Assembly: GCF_000143415.4 (NCBI RefSeq)
Contig: NW_003314302.1
Coordinates: 1,290,736 to 1,300,344 of the forward strand
Reading direction: 5' to 3'
DNA from: Selaginella moellendorffii
Lineage: Eukaryota > Plantae > Lycopodiophyta
Length of the DNA: 9,609 bases
In this document: positions 8,654 to 9,609 of the stretch, one piece after another
Position numbering within the stretch: the first letter of the stretch is position 1
Layout of the letters: every line of letters begins with the position of its first letter
The notes under the pieces: model-generated
The model's input: the letters and a program-made list of their open reading frames with translations, nothing else
What the model was told of the DNA's origin: nothing
Databases searched by the model: none
Translations under genes and position numbers: made by a program

Positions 8654-9609
8654 ATGCCTCAGCTTCATAAAATATGAAGAGGTATATATCACTAGTTACC
8701 TCCAACTATTGACATTAGCACACATATTCATACTCACAACAACCTTGAATGTGCTAATGAAGAAACTAATCTAAATCTTGAATATGCTAATGCAAAAAAT
8801 CACTTTAGATCTTGACAATGCTAATACAAACATAGCACATGCTGAAAATGTTAATAAAACTAATACAAATGCATGTAATCATTATAGCAACACTGCTTAT
8901 AAATTAGCACATCAAAAGAATTACAATAACCATATGACATATATGTTTAATAGTGGAAATATATCATCCATATGTGTCTTTTGTGGTGCATTACATTTTG
9001 AAATTGAGTCAAGGTCAATATGCTACTAGAATGGAAAGGTTTCCCTTCCCCAACTTTTATCTCTACCTACTGTATTGCATATGCTTTTTAATGAAAATAA
9101 AAACTCCAACTTTAAAATTAACATAAGAAATTTCAATAATACTTTGGCTTTTGCATAAATGGGTGCTAATGTTGATAATTTAAGTGGTAAAGGCCTATAT
9201 TGCTTTAGAATACATGGTCAAATTTATCATAATATTACTTCAATATATATTGTTGCCAACATACCACCGTCGTATGGAAAAATTTATATACTTGATGCAT
9301 TTGAGATTACAAATATTATAAAGCAAAACCCATTCAACACAAATTGTGTTCATAATCTGTTATTACAATTAGATCACTTGCTAAGAACAATAAACCCATA
9401 CACACAAGCTTTTCAAATGATGTATGATCTTGAATCACAAGAACAATGTCGCTCAATTAGTAATAAAACTCTGAAACGTGGTATTTACATGGTTGTTAGA
9501 AGTGAAAGTACTAATCTACATCGTTATAATTTGCCATGACTAATGATGTTGCTGTTGTTTTCACTACTAATGAGGGTGAGCTATCTCTTGATAGAGAAAT
9601 ATGCAACAT
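8654..9609 (+). pseudogene. Helitron RepHel protein, N-terminal Zn-finger-like and pre-Rep region, pseudogenised and truncated by the window end
   Basis: ORFs 8778-9029 and 9159-9539 share one frame: CVFCGALHFEIESRSICY*NGKVSLPQL..LP.VL..LF...FKINIRNFNNTLAFA*MGANVD..SGKGLYCFRIHGQIYH...PSYGKIYILD...LLRTINPYTQAF...RYNLP. After a frameshift it reads TNDVAVVFTTNEGELSLDREIC. These are hallmark Helitron motifs (CxxC..CC..GKV.LP, IR.YN..FAF.S.G, FRI.GQ.YH, NP, RYN.P..EVA). Confidence 0.94.
8741..8830 (+). repeat. Imperfect 33-bp (11-codon) tandem repeat, about 2.7 copies, in the RepHel N-terminus
   Basis: Units start at 8741 (AACCTTGAATGTGCTAAT), 8774 (AATCTTGAATATGCTAAT) and 8808 (GATCTTGACAATGCTAAT). 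Confidence 0.85.

Larger units (their letters stand above)
7160..9609 (+). mobile_element. Helitron (rolling-circle transposon), 5' part; continues beyond the window
   Basis: A|TTTATATATATAAAG at 7159/7160 is one C>T change from the common Helitron 5' end A|TCTATATATATAAA. A RepHel N-terminal pseudogene lies 1.5 kb downstream on the same strand. The 3' CTRR end and hairpin are not in the window. Confidence 0.62.

Noticed and set aside
1-9609. CRISPR array, tRNA/rRNA genes or a prokaryotic operon
   Set aside because: There is no repeat-spacer periodicity, no structured RNA signature and no intact ORFs; the content is eukaryotic transposon debris.

Overview
Eukaryotic, almost certainly land-plant, repeat-rich DNA with no intact gene. 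It is probably a lycophyte such as Selaginella, inferred only from the form of a PPR fragment. The window is a nest of decayed transposons, listed here from left to right. (1) The probable 3' end of an LTR with a PBS-like site, followed by a stop-riddled Ty3/gypsy gag (705-1322) with no recognisable pol after it. (2) A T/G-skewed non-coding tract. (3) A polypurine tract and a 983-bp LTR bounded by TGTCACA...TGTGACA (2687-3669). (4) Two tandem, highly diverged pseudo-ORFs that each carry a plant-mobile-domain (PMD)-like region (3773-4282 and 4833-6620); the ORF track shows none of the first and only fragments of the second. (5) A Helitron that probably starts at 7160 and runs off the window. 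It holds an antisense two-repeat PPR gene fragment (7895-8224) upstream of a pseudogenised RepHel N-terminus (8654->9609). All protein family calls come from manual translation through stop codons and from remembered motifs; no database search was run.
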